From a virus (Duplodnaviria; Caudoviricetes): a DNA stretch of 54,661 nucleotides. Under the pieces are notes generated by a model. It was not told the origin of the DNA. It saw only the letters and a program-made list of their open reading frames with translations, and ran no database searches. The stretch's first letter is position 1. Every line of letters begins with the position of its first letter. A program made the position numbers and the translations under genes. Positions 18,794 through 27,757 of this stretch are shown here, piece by piece. Location of the stretch: positions 1 through 54,661 of the IMG/VR virus record IMGVR_UViG_3300025030_000021; one strand, given 5' to 3'.

Positions 18794-19192
18794 TTACTCG
18801 GGCATAGGGCCGTTCATCGTGAGTTTCCCGGTGTTCCGCCCGCTTCCCCCTATCCGCACTCCCGCCCAGAAGCACGTTCGATTGAACCACCCGTCACCGT
18901 TCGCCTTCATCGCCTCCTTTAGCACGGCATCTGCCTGCTTGCGAGATATGCCGGAAACTGAATACATGTAATCGTGCACCACTGCTGGCCTCTTCGCGAT
19001 GCCGCCGAATAGCCACCAGATAACCGGCAGGCGCGGCACGCTGGCGAAGTCGGTCACGAAACCCTTCGGCACCTTCACGATGTAGCCGAGGACTTCGCTC
19101 AGGTAATAGAAGTCTTCCGTGAGCTGCCACACGTCGGGGGATTCGTGCATGAGGTCGAGGCTCAAATGTGGGCTAATAAATTCACCTGGCAT
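18794..19192 (-). CDS. DUF1353 family protein
   Basis: VPKGFVTDFASVPR...AVVHDYMY...ADAVL.EAM...GVRIGG. Confidence 0.9.
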   Translation of the reverse strand: MPGEFISPHLSLDLMHESPDVWQLTEDFYYLSEVLGYIVKVPKGFVTDFASVPRLPVIWWLFGGIAKRPAVVHDYMYSVSGISRKQADAVLKEAMKANGDGWFNRTCFWAGVRIGGSGRNTGKLTMNGPMPE

Positions 19193-19337
19193 CAGTGGTC
19201 TCCTTGAACCGGCAGTGTTGGCATCGCGGGTGCTTGCCGTGAACTTTGTCCCTTTCGTAGATAGGGCAATATGAGTTATCGGCGTAGCCGGTTAGCAGCG
19301 CCACGCGCTCGTTATCGGTCATTCTGGTAGCACTCAT
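19182..19337 (-). CDS. Small hypothetical protein (51 aa; not in ORF track)
   Basis: ATGA-coupled to the endolysin stop; C...CQHC. Confidence 0.45.
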   Translation of the reverse strand: MSATRMTDNERVALLTGYADNSYCPIYERDKVHGKHPRCQHCRFKETTDAR

Positions 19338-19891
19338 GCTCCCGCCCTTAGCGCCGACTCCAGCTTGGCGGCATACCCCGCTATGAGTTCGGCAACATCG
19401 GTGCCGTTGATAACGCGCCTCGCGTTGAGGTAGTCACAGACATCACCATGAATATAGCGATTCAGCCCGACGCCGGTAAACGTGCCATGCCGCATACCGT
19501 AGGACATGATTTTGTAGGCAATGGCGGGATCAAGCGCGAGGTCGGGGTTATTCACCAAGTCAATGTTAAAAATATCCCCCATTGCTCGATAGTTCCCTTT
19601 GTGGGTAATCTGCACCAGCCCTCGACCATAATAAACTTTCCCTGTAATAGGGTCAGCTTTACCATATTTATACCCCTTCCCCCTGCCATATTCCTTGATT
19701 GGCTTCCACTCGTCCCCGCACTCGCGCTTCACCGTGGCGAGCATGTACGCGGCGTGGCGGATGTCGGTAATGCGGCTATCGGCTTCCAGTGCGGCGAGTA
19801 GCGTTTCGATGCCATCAACTTGAGGCTGAGATAGCGGCCCGAAGTGGGCGCGGTATGCGGTGAAGAACTTTTCACGGTCAATTTTCTGCAT
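19334..19891 (-). CDS. Endolysin, glycoside hydrolase family 19
   Basis: AYMLATVKRE, YYGRGLVQITHKGNY, NPDLAL and ARRVING motifs. Confidence 0.9.
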   Translation of the reverse strand: MQKIDREKFFTAYRAHFGPLSQPQVDGIETLLAALEADSRITDIRHAAYMLATVKRECGDEWKPIKEYGRGKGYKYGKADPITGKVYYGRGLVQITHKGNYRAMGDIFNIDLVNNPDLALDPAIAYKIMSYGMRHGTFTGVGLNRYIHGDVCDYLNARRVINGTDVAELIAGYAAKLESALRAGA

Positions 19892-19926
19892 TCATTACTC
19901 CGAGTTCAGCGCAAGGGGCGGTTGGC

Positions 19927-22197
19927 TTAGTAGAACCCAAAAGGGACGACTGCAACCTTGCGGTCAGTGCCATACCTGTTTGTTATGGTTATGCTCGACC
20001 CTGTGAGAAATACGTTGAACTTGCCAGCGGTGCCGGGGTCCGTGGTACCTACGGCAAAGTCCGCCCCGGTGACCATTGCGGTCAATGCCGATCCGTTGGA
20101 ATAGAACATTGCGTACCCCCCCACGCCAGAAGCATCAGCATATACCATGTAGATTCCACGCCTGTTCACATTGGCGCTATTGTCCATTGTAATGGTAGCC
20201 GAAGCTGTGTTAGCAATCTGTGCGTTGAACGCCGGAGAGGTTATCTGCTGGCCCTGATAAGGCAACGGCGTAATGTAAACACCATCAATATACACAGCCT
20301 CTGTGTTGGTGCTGGACGTGAACAGCTTGAAGCGATCGGCGGCGTTATCCCCTATCGCCGCTAACTGGCTGCTGGTAATATCCCAAGAGACTGAAGTTCC
20401 GTAACTGCTCGGCACAGTCTTTGCCCCGAGGTCTAACTGCTTTACCTGCAAGGATATGGAGCCAACACCTGTTGCGGACTTTGCGCGAACCGAGAGGCGT
20501 AACCCACCAGGGTAGTCTTTCCATGAAGTCCATGGAATGTTAGCAACTGTCTGACTAGCACCGCTCTCAACAAGTACACTCTTCTGAAAGTTCGTAGCTG
20601 TTGCATCATATTGGAGCTTGTTACTGTTCATGGCTATCGCGGAGATAGACGTAAGTGCACCCCTTGAGTTCTCGTACTTACCACTGTCCCTTAGCCCGCT
20701 TGAGCTTATTGTTGAAATTGGGTATTCAAACAGTACTGACCGGTTAGAGTTGGTATAGAGCAGACCGATGTTGTCTGAGGACAGATTGTCGTGTACGTTC
20801 GCCGTAGAACCACCAGTGGCGTAAAGTAAGTACGTGTCGTTTGCAAAACCCGAAAAGCTATTGCCTGTGACCTCAATACAACCGTTAGCGATGGACACAA
20901 TTGCACTGTACTTGTTGGAAAGTTTGAAATTAGTGAAGTGGCTATGCGTAATCAATGCACGCTGAGCATAACCGAAGTCGAATAGCACCCACGGGCCAGT
21001 AGCCGGTATTCCGCCGAAAGCACCCATGCCCCACTCGAACTTGCTACCGCCGATAAACCGGATGATGTCAAGGTTAGAGTTGATATGCGACTTGACGTAC
21101 GAGCCTTTATTGCCCTCCCAGTGGCATTTCGTAAAGGTGAGATTGTTCACGTTCATGTCAGGGTCATTGTTGTACTTATCGTCTATGTAGACGACCCCGT
21201 TAACCTGTGAATCATTCCCACGGAACATGCAATCATCGAACACGCCTTCCCACCATACGCGCAGCCTGACGGCAGTGCCCACTGAGTTATGGAAGCCACA
21301 CCCCTTGAAGCGCACGACTGAGTACCCCTCACCAACGAGCATCGCATCCGTGAAAGTAGACCCTGCCCCGTTAAATACGACATTCTCGATCAGGCCACCG
21401 GCTACAACAGACGTAAGGCTGTCAAATTTAACCAAGTACTCTTGAGATGCCGACCATGGCAGGATTGAACCTAAACTGCTTACCCATTTTCCTTGCCCGA
21501 CGGATTGAATGTTTAGACGCTTTGTGATTCGGAAACCGGATGTTTTATACATACCAGTTAATCGCAATACCCCGCCATCAACCAGAGAGTCGTGCGCGGC
21601 TTGCAGCGCCAAAGTGTCATTGGCCGCATTATCGCCAACCGCCCCGAACCACTCAGGCCACGCCTCTTTCATGCCGGTAACCGCTCCCGTCCCGTTGAAC
21701 ACCTGCGCCATCGGCCACCGCGCCGTGCTGCCCGCGTAGCTGATCGTGTACGCGGCGTGGTTGATAATCGCACCATTAAGCGGCAAAAGTTCGATATTGG
21801 CGGGGATGGTGATATTGGCGGTGAGAGTAGTATCCGCGTCAATGCCGACAGTTTGATTATTTGCGCCCACAGTTGCCAGCATTGCCGCAAGTGAGCCGTA
21901 GGAGGATAGCAACATGTACCCGCTGGACGTGGGGCCGGGAGCACCCACCAGCACGTCAACGAGCCTTTTGGTGATACCGCCATAGTAATAAACGATGTCG
22001 TAATTGCCATTCACGGCGTAAAACGAATAAGCCCCGTCTTCATCGGTAAGAATTGGCGCAGTGGTCACGGCAAACGCGGAGTCGTAGATGGTTGCAGCAT
22101 CACCAGATGGGTAGTCGAACACCCGTATTGCCACGTTGGAAATCGGACCGCCTGTAGCGCCGCCTGCGATGCTGTTCTGATATTCCACGATTGCCAT
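19927..22197 (-). CDS. Tailspike 2 with right-handed beta-helix (putative depolymerase)
   Basis: N-terminus shared with the 22368..24398 protein; PEWFGAVGD..NDTLALQAA pectate-lyase-like start; beta-helix repeats. Confidence 0.85.
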   Translation of the reverse strand: MAIVEYQNSIAGGATGGPISNVAIRVFDYPSGDAATIYDSAFAVTTAPILTDEDGAYSFYAVNGNYDIVYYYGGITKRLVDVLVGAPGPTSSGYMLLSSYGSLAAMLATVGANNQTVGIDADTTLTANITIPANIELLPLNGAIINHAAYTISYAGSTARWPMAQVFNGTGAVTGMKEAWPEWFGAVGDNAANDTLALQAAHDSLVDGGVLRLTGMYKTSGFRITKRLNIQSVGQGKWVSSLGSILPWSASQEYLVKFDSLTSVVAGGLIENVVFNGAGSTFTDAMLVGEGYSVVRFKGCGFHNSVGTAVRLRVWWEGVFDDCMFRGNDSQVNGVVYIDDKYNNDPDMNVNNLTFTKCHWEGNKGSYVKSHINSNLDIIRFIGGSKFEWGMGAFGGIPATGPWVLFDFGYAQRALITHSHFTNFKLSNKYSAIVSIANGCIEVTGNSFSGFANDTYLLYATGGSTANVHDNLSSDNIGLLYTNSNRSVLFEYPISTISSSGLRDSGKYENSRGALTSISAIAMNSNKLQYDATATNFQKSVLVESGASQTVANIPWTSWKDYPGGLRLSVRAKSATGVGSISLQVKQLDLGAKTVPSSYGTSVSWDITSSQLAAIGDNAADRFKLFTSSTNTEAVYIDGVYITPLPYQGQQITSPAFNAQIANTASATITMDNSANVNRRGIYMVYADASGVGGYAMFYSNGSALTAMVTGADFAVGTTDPGTAGKFNVFLTGSSITITNRYGTDRKVAVVPFGFY

Positions 22198-22200
22198 AAT

Positions 22201-22362
22201 TCAAATCTCCAGTAGGTCGAAAGATACAGCGCAGGCTGCGGGGTCGAATGTTTTGCTCATGACCATCATTTTCTCATTGCCACAAGTGCCGCCTTATGTC
22301 GCGGCAGTGGAGGGAAGCATTAACCCTGTGGCGCCTACCATCTGCCCGACACTCAACGTCAT
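22201..22362 (-). pseudogene. Degenerate duplicate of the last 53 codons of the hub gene
   Basis: Translates MTLSVGQMVGATGLMLPSTAAT*GGTCGNEKMMVMSKTFDPAACAVSFDLLEI, versus hub GQMVGVTGLMLPTSGATWG...VMSKTFDPAACTVSLDLLEI. Confidence 0.85.
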
Positions 22363-22367
22363 TTTAA

Positions 22368-24398
22368 TTAGGGATGAACCTGTTTCACCAGATCGCCGGT
22401 GCGGTAAAAGTCTCCATTCACTAGACCTCCAGCCAATGCCGCAGCGTTGTCTGCGTATTCTGGCGTATATGGCACACTTAGCACCCCGGAGGATTTAACC
22501 ACTAGTGAGGTGTCCGCAGTAGCGCCCGTAGTTGCCTTGTATGTCTTGACGACAAACTTGCCGATGGTCCCGCTTGCGTCCGCGCTCGTCGCCTGGGCTT
22601 CGGCAGACACGAATGTGTCAGACAGCCTAATCACGCCCGCCGCTGGCACGTTGGCGTACTTAGTGGACAACCCCGCCCCAGCGATGCTTAGCCCGTTAAT
22701 TGTCCGGTAGGCAACCGCAAGGTCGGTTGCCGCAGGGTATGGCCCCTGATCTAACTGGATTACGGATGCGCTTACATCGGCACGGCTAGAGTTATTTTCT
22801 ATGCTGCGGTATGTGGCTGTAACATTTGTTGGACCCACCGAGTACGCCCCCGGCAGATGGAACGTGTTACCCTTGACCGTTGCCCCCACCACCGTAGAAT
22901 CCGCATTCACGCCCGAACCGGAAGCCTCAAAAGCATAGTGATATATGTCGTTTCCCGTAACAATCAAACTGGCTAAATTAGTTCCCTCGATGGCGCTCCC
23001 GCGGGATTCGGCAATCCGGTTGCCTTTTATGGTTACTATCCCCGCTACAGAACTGGCATTCCCCATAGCCCATATAACCGGGTTGTTTGATACGGCAGAT
23101 CCAGAGATGAGGTTCCCTTGTATATTCACCGTAAAGACATACCCGCCGCCAAACATAATGGTCGGCCCATACGCGCCAGATAAGTCACAGTTTTCCACGG
23201 TGCCTACAGACAATTCAACGGGCTGGTACGCTCTATCAACTTTGCAGTTACGCATGACCGCATTAGTCACCGGGACGGTACAGTTGAAGTTCATGCCGTT
23301 GAAGTTGGTGTCGTGAACGTACAGCCCATCATATATTACATTTCGTCTCGACACTGAGGTGTAATAATAAACAGCTTCGCCCTTGAACCCATAAACTTCC
23401 AGGTCTTTAATCAGTACATCACTTGCGAACCACGCCGCGATGCCTTTTTTGTTTATGTCGTCGGTCCACAATGTTGTAATGGACGGTGTGCCGGTCCAGT
23501 CGCCATGTATCTTGCCGGTCCCAAAAACCTTGAATCCGGTAGACGGAGCCGCAATGCTCCCGCCGAACTCGATGAACCCCCTATCGTATATGGTGTTGGC
23601 TCCGTTTATGTTCACAGGCCAGTCACCTTTTTGCGGTGCCGTTGCTAGTGCAACAGAGCTCAATTCGCCGTCAACTTCAAGGGCCACGTTATTCACCAGG
23701 TACGCAGTAAACCGGCCACCCGTATTAATGACAGTCGCACCTTTTTCGATAACTATGTGGTTTCCTGTGTTGAGTGTAATATCTCCGTTCAGCGAGTATG
23801 TGTTTCCAGGCGAGAATATCACCTTGGGCGCAGCAAGAAGTGCCTTGTTCACTGCCGCAGTGGTGGCGGTTGCGTTGGTATTATCGGTGAACGCCCCGAA
23901 CCATTCAGGACGAGCCACCTTTAGACCCGTCAACGTATACGCGTCGGCGTTGATGACCGCGCCGTTAAGCCGTAAAAGCTCGATATTGGCAGGGATGGTG
24001 ATGTTGGCGGTAAGGGTGGTATCTGCGTCAATCGCAACAGTCTGATTGGCGGTGCTAACGGTTGCCACCATCGCTGCAAGCGACCCATACGAGGAAAGCA
24101 GCGTGTACCCACTGGACGCTGGGCCGGGAGCGCCAGTGACGCCGCCCACCAGCACGTCAACGAGCCTTTTGGTGATACCGCCATAGTAATAAACGATGTC
24201 GTAATTGCCATTCTCAACATAAAATGAATAAGCGCCGTCCTTGTCGGTGATAATCGGTGCGGTGGTCACGGCAAACGCGGAGTCATAGATGGTTGCAGCG
24301 GTACCGGAAGGGTAATCGAATACTTGGATGCTCACGTTAGATATCGGCCTGCCGGTGGCACTGTCTGCGATGCTGTTCTGATATTTCACGATTGCCAT
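22368..24398 (-). CDS. Tailspike 1 with right-handed beta-helix
   Basis: Same N-terminal anchor as tailspike 2; PEWFGA; I.GN.I beta-helix repeats. Confidence 0.85.
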   Translation of the reverse strand: MAIVKYQNSIADSATGRPISNVSIQVFDYPSGTAATIYDSAFAVTTAPIITDKDGAYSFYVENGNYDIVYYYGGITKRLVDVLVGGVTGAPGPASSGYTLLSSYGSLAAMVATVSTANQTVAIDADTTLTANITIPANIELLRLNGAVINADAYTLTGLKVARPEWFGAFTDNTNATATTAAVNKALLAAPKVIFSPGNTYSLNGDITLNTGNHIVIEKGATVINTGGRFTAYLVNNVALEVDGELSSVALATAPQKGDWPVNINGANTIYDRGFIEFGGSIAAPSTGFKVFGTGKIHGDWTGTPSITTLWTDDINKKGIAAWFASDVLIKDLEVYGFKGEAVYYYTSVSRRNVIYDGLYVHDTNFNGMNFNCTVPVTNAVMRNCKVDRAYQPVELSVGTVENCDLSGAYGPTIMFGGGYVFTVNIQGNLISGSAVSNNPVIWAMGNASSVAGIVTIKGNRIAESRGSAIEGTNLASLIVTGNDIYHYAFEASGSGVNADSTVVGATVKGNTFHLPGAYSVGPTNVTATYRSIENNSSRADVSASVIQLDQGPYPAATDLAVAYRTINGLSIAGAGLSTKYANVPAAGVIRLSDTFVSAEAQATSADASGTIGKFVVKTYKATTGATADTSLVVKSSGVLSVPYTPEYADNAAALAGGLVNGDFYRTGDLVKQVHP

Positions 24399-26972
24399 TT
24401 AAATCTCCAGTAAATCAAGGGATACAGTGCAGGCTGCGGGGTCGAATGTTTTGCTCATGACCATGAATTTTTTATTGTTGCTAGGAACGCCCCACGTCGC
24501 ACCGGAGGTGGGAAGCATCAATCCGGTGACGCCTACCATCTGACCGAGGCCAACAGAGTAGAACCGTGGGGGGAGGTCGCTGGCTTTGATTTTGGCCTTC
24601 GGATTGGCGAACCATGCGTCCATGCGGTCAGCTAGCGCGGAGCGGGCGGCGTCGGTCGCGTTCCACTTCTCTTGCCAAGTTTTCTGATATCCCGGCTTCG
24701 CTTGATACTCGGGGTCGCCGCTGATCACGTCATCATTGAGTCCCCAGTTGATCTCCGCAGCGTTGTTGATTTTCACAAAGGCGTTGTAAAAATCCTCGTC
24801 ACTGTTGGACTTTTTAACTGGCGCCGAGTACCACGCGGAGCGGTAACTTGCCCCTACGGTTGGCGTTGTGGCGGTCGTGGCGGTGTGCGCGTTGATACAG
24901 GTATAAAGCGGGCCTGCCTTGGTCACGGTGTCGCCAAGGTCGTAATCTGTGCCGTCTATCCACTCCGTAGCCCAATACGCACGCCTTGCCGGTCCTACCG
25001 CTGGCTCTGTTGCGCTGGTGGATTGGTGGGCGGCAAGACACCGATATACAATGCCGGTGCGGTAGATAGTATCCGCACGGTCAAAGTCCATGCCCGACGC
25101 CCACACCCACGGCTGAGTCCCTGCCACGGTGCCGAGCGCCCACATGGACTCCCACGCTGTACCTACCCCCGGCTGCTGGTCGGCTACAGCGGTATGCACG
25201 GACGTACAGTTATAGGCGGTGCCAGCGAGGTTAATCACCATGTCGCCAATGGCATACGTTTTGCCGAGTACCCATGTGCCGCGTGCTATGCCGTCATCAA
25301 GGTCGTTTACGTGGCGCGGGTTATATAAGATCTGCTGCCGCGTGAAAAGTTCCGCTTGCCCTAATTCCAGCGGCGAGAAGGTCGCGTAATCGGTGCTTAT
25401 CTCTGCCACGTTCGCGGCTGCGGGGTCGTAAAGTTGGGCGCTGATCTTGCCGTTTGGCTGCTGGAGGAGGAACACGCCCGCGAGCACTGACAGCTCCTCC
25501 ATCAGCTTGGTCGCGTCCTCTTTGGCGTCCTTGTCGATACGGCGGCTAATGTTCCAATCTGCGCCCGCCCTCGCCCCGGTTGATAGCGCCGTGAATGATG
25601 CCCGGTCGAGGTACCTATCCGGCATCCCCATCGCTTCCGCGAGGTCGAGCATTACATCCATGATATTGGCGTTGATGCGCTCCCATGGCGGACAGGTGAG
25701 GTCGTCGCGGACGCCGCCTAGCGCCCTCTCTGCTGGCAATTTGACCTTGGCGAACCGGGAGAATATGGATCGGGTCTTGATATTGATAGTCCCTTGGTTG
25801 AAGTCGATGCTGCCGTCATACCAGAGTCCGGTGAATATCGGCTCAAAGTCTGCTGCCGCCATGCCGAGGAATCCGTGTTTAACCTGCACAAGCTTGTTGC
25901 GGAGGTATCCGTCTTTCAACAAGTCGAATGTGCCGCGAAGAAAGAACAGCTTTGGTGATACTTCCCCGATGCTGCCGAGCTTCATCAACTCAATCTTCGT
26001 GTTGAGCGGGCTAATGCTCGCTTGCAGGTACGGCTTCGCGCCCAGCGTCGGCACGTCCTCATGCGTTGAGTAGGTCTTATATTGGCTATCGCCGCCAGAA
26101 ACTCCTATCTCCCGCAACATCGGCGTGTCGGGGCCAGTGGAGGTGAATGACGCGGTGAAGTCGTAATAGCGATATGGCGCGAGTGCGTCACCGTCTGTCA
26201 CCGTGCCGAGCGCGGTCCATGTGGCGTTATCGTTGCTACCGCGTGCCGTGTAGACTAGTGTGGCAATTGCGGAAGAACGGTCGTTTACGGCGAAAACGGA
26301 GTCATCGGTAGGAATAAGGCCTAGGTCGATGCTCTTGGTTTGCGTGTACGCGGTTGGGACGTGTGATGTCTCGTAATCTGTAATATAATTCCGTATCCAT
26401 GCGAAAACGCCTAAGTCGGTATTATTGCAAGCCAAACGAAAAGACCATGCACCTTTACTTAGAGGTATGTGATACGTAAAATATCCGTAACCGCCACCGC
26501 CTGCAACAAAGGTAGCCAATGTCAACCAAGTGCCACCATCGCGCGAACCTTGTATTGTGAATTGGCGGGACTGTACGCCGTCGGCATTGTCCCAGAAAGA
26601 TGTGATATTAAAAGTCACTGAAACCACCCTGCCGTTAGTTCCATCGACAGATGGAGACGTTCCGCCAGAAAAACCACCTACCGGCGACCAAGGTATTGAC
26701 TGTGTAGCTACATATCCCGACGATGGCCCCACTTCAGTTAAATTCCCTTGATACACCCCCGCGTGAACCTCTGCCCCATCCGTCGCCATTATCACCACCC
26801 CCGCGTCATCGAGTGGCGAGTTGGTCACAATGTTCGTCTGCACCGGCCCCGCTTCCCACCCTGCGCGGTCGAATATCGACACGTTGATAGCGTCGGTGGA
26901 TTCGATACTCATCGCCAGTACTGGGCGGCGGTCGGTCTTATTTGCGGCGGCTAGCCACGCGGATGACGGCAT
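24399..26972 (-). CDS. Tail tip/baseplate hub protein with three CBM5/12-like repeats
   Basis: Follows the distal-tail gene; W..G..Y..GD.V......Y.C...HT....P.....W repeated three times. Confidence 0.7.
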   Translation of the reverse strand: MPSSAWLAAANKTDRRPVLAMSIESTDAINVSIFDRAGWEAGPVQTNIVTNSPLDDAGVVIMATDGAEVHAGVYQGNLTEVGPSSGYVATQSIPWSPVGGFSGGTSPSVDGTNGRVVSVTFNITSFWDNADGVQSRQFTIQGSRDGGTWLTLATFVAGGGGYGYFTYHIPLSKGAWSFRLACNNTDLGVFAWIRNYITDYETSHVPTAYTQTKSIDLGLIPTDDSVFAVNDRSSAIATLVYTARGSNDNATWTALGTVTDGDALAPYRYYDFTASFTSTGPDTPMLREIGVSGGDSQYKTYSTHEDVPTLGAKPYLQASISPLNTKIELMKLGSIGEVSPKLFFLRGTFDLLKDGYLRNKLVQVKHGFLGMAAADFEPIFTGLWYDGSIDFNQGTINIKTRSIFSRFAKVKLPAERALGGVRDDLTCPPWERINANIMDVMLDLAEAMGMPDRYLDRASFTALSTGARAGADWNISRRIDKDAKEDATKLMEELSVLAGVFLLQQPNGKISAQLYDPAAANVAEISTDYATFSPLELGQAELFTRQQILYNPRHVNDLDDGIARGTWVLGKTYAIGDMVINLAGTAYNCTSVHTAVADQQPGVGTAWESMWALGTVAGTQPWVWASGMDFDRADTIYRTGIVYRCLAAHQSTSATEPAVGPARRAYWATEWIDGTDYDLGDTVTKAGPLYTCINAHTATTATTPTVGASYRSAWYSAPVKKSNSDEDFYNAFVKINNAAEINWGLNDDVISGDPEYQAKPGYQKTWQEKWNATDAARSALADRMDAWFANPKAKIKASDLPPRFYSVGLGQMVGVTGLMLPTSGATWGVPSNNKKFMVMSKTFDPAACTVSLDLLEI

Positions 26973-27748
26973 TAGCTAACCCTCGCGGTGAAGGGGATTT
27001 TGGGTATTGACGCCATGCCCATTTTCATGGTCGGCTCATATTTCCACTTTTTGTCCACATAGCCGAAATAACACTCGCTGCTTGCGGTATCTGGCACGAA
27101 AAAGAACCCCTGCGCGGTTTCGACACACGCCGCTTTCCAATTGGAGAATGCAATCTCCTCCACGGCGTCAACTTGGCCGAAGGGGATATTGAACGGACGG
27201 ATTACCCGCTGCGTCACGCTGCCGAGGAATAGGCCCGCGTAGCTGATAAGGTGCTGCCCTTCCGCCTGTATCGGGTTGCCGCAGAAGCCGTCTTCCATGA
27301 ACGGGAGCGGGGAGAGGAGGCCGCAGACAACGTGCTTTATCTGCATCGCGGTAGAGTGACCGGCAACAGTAAGCCGAAGGTATCGGTATGTGGATGTCGC
27401 GTACTTAAGCCAGAACTCGCCCGCGTTGGTGATGGTCGTCTCTGCTATCAGCGTCACCCCTGCCGACATGTCGCTATTGGCCGAACCTGTCAGCGTGATA
27501 GATACGCCCTCGATGTTGGCCCCCACTAGCGCCAAATAGTCAGTTGTGGCAGAGTATCCGAGGTCGATGGTGATAGTTGACGCTGTGGTGACTGCTGGCT
27601 TCCACCCGTTGTTTTCATCGGCCTGCAATATGTCTACGGCGCTATACCCTGCCGCAGTGGTGGACGCGGTGACGGTTGCCGAAGGGCCGTAGGTGGCATA
27701 CAGGAACGCGGGCTGCTCGGGCAAACTCTCAGATAAAAACGTGCTCAT
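26972..27748 (-). CDS. Distal tail / minor tail protein with galactose-binding-like domain
   Basis: Directly after the tape measure gene; ITIDLG...YRYLRL pattern. Confidence 0.6.
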   Translation of the reverse strand: MSTFLSESLPEQPAFLYATYGPSATVTASTTAAGYSAVDILQADENNGWKPAVTTASTITIDLGYSATTDYLALVGANIEGVSITLTGSANSDMSAGVTLIAETTITNAGEFWLKYATSTYRYLRLTVAGHSTAMQIKHVVCGLLSPLPFMEDGFCGNPIQAEGQHLISYAGLFLGSVTQRVIRPFNIPFGQVDAVEEIAFSNWKAACVETAQGFFFVPDTASSECYFGYVDKKWKYEPTMKMGMASIPKIPFTARVS

Positions 27749-27757
27749 ATTCGCCCC

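Noticed and set aside
19927-24398. Invertase shufflon or diversity-generating retroelement acting on the tailspikes
   Set aside because: The repeats are direct and N-terminal; no serine invertase or reverse transcriptase is present and no adenine-specific TR/VR pair was seen
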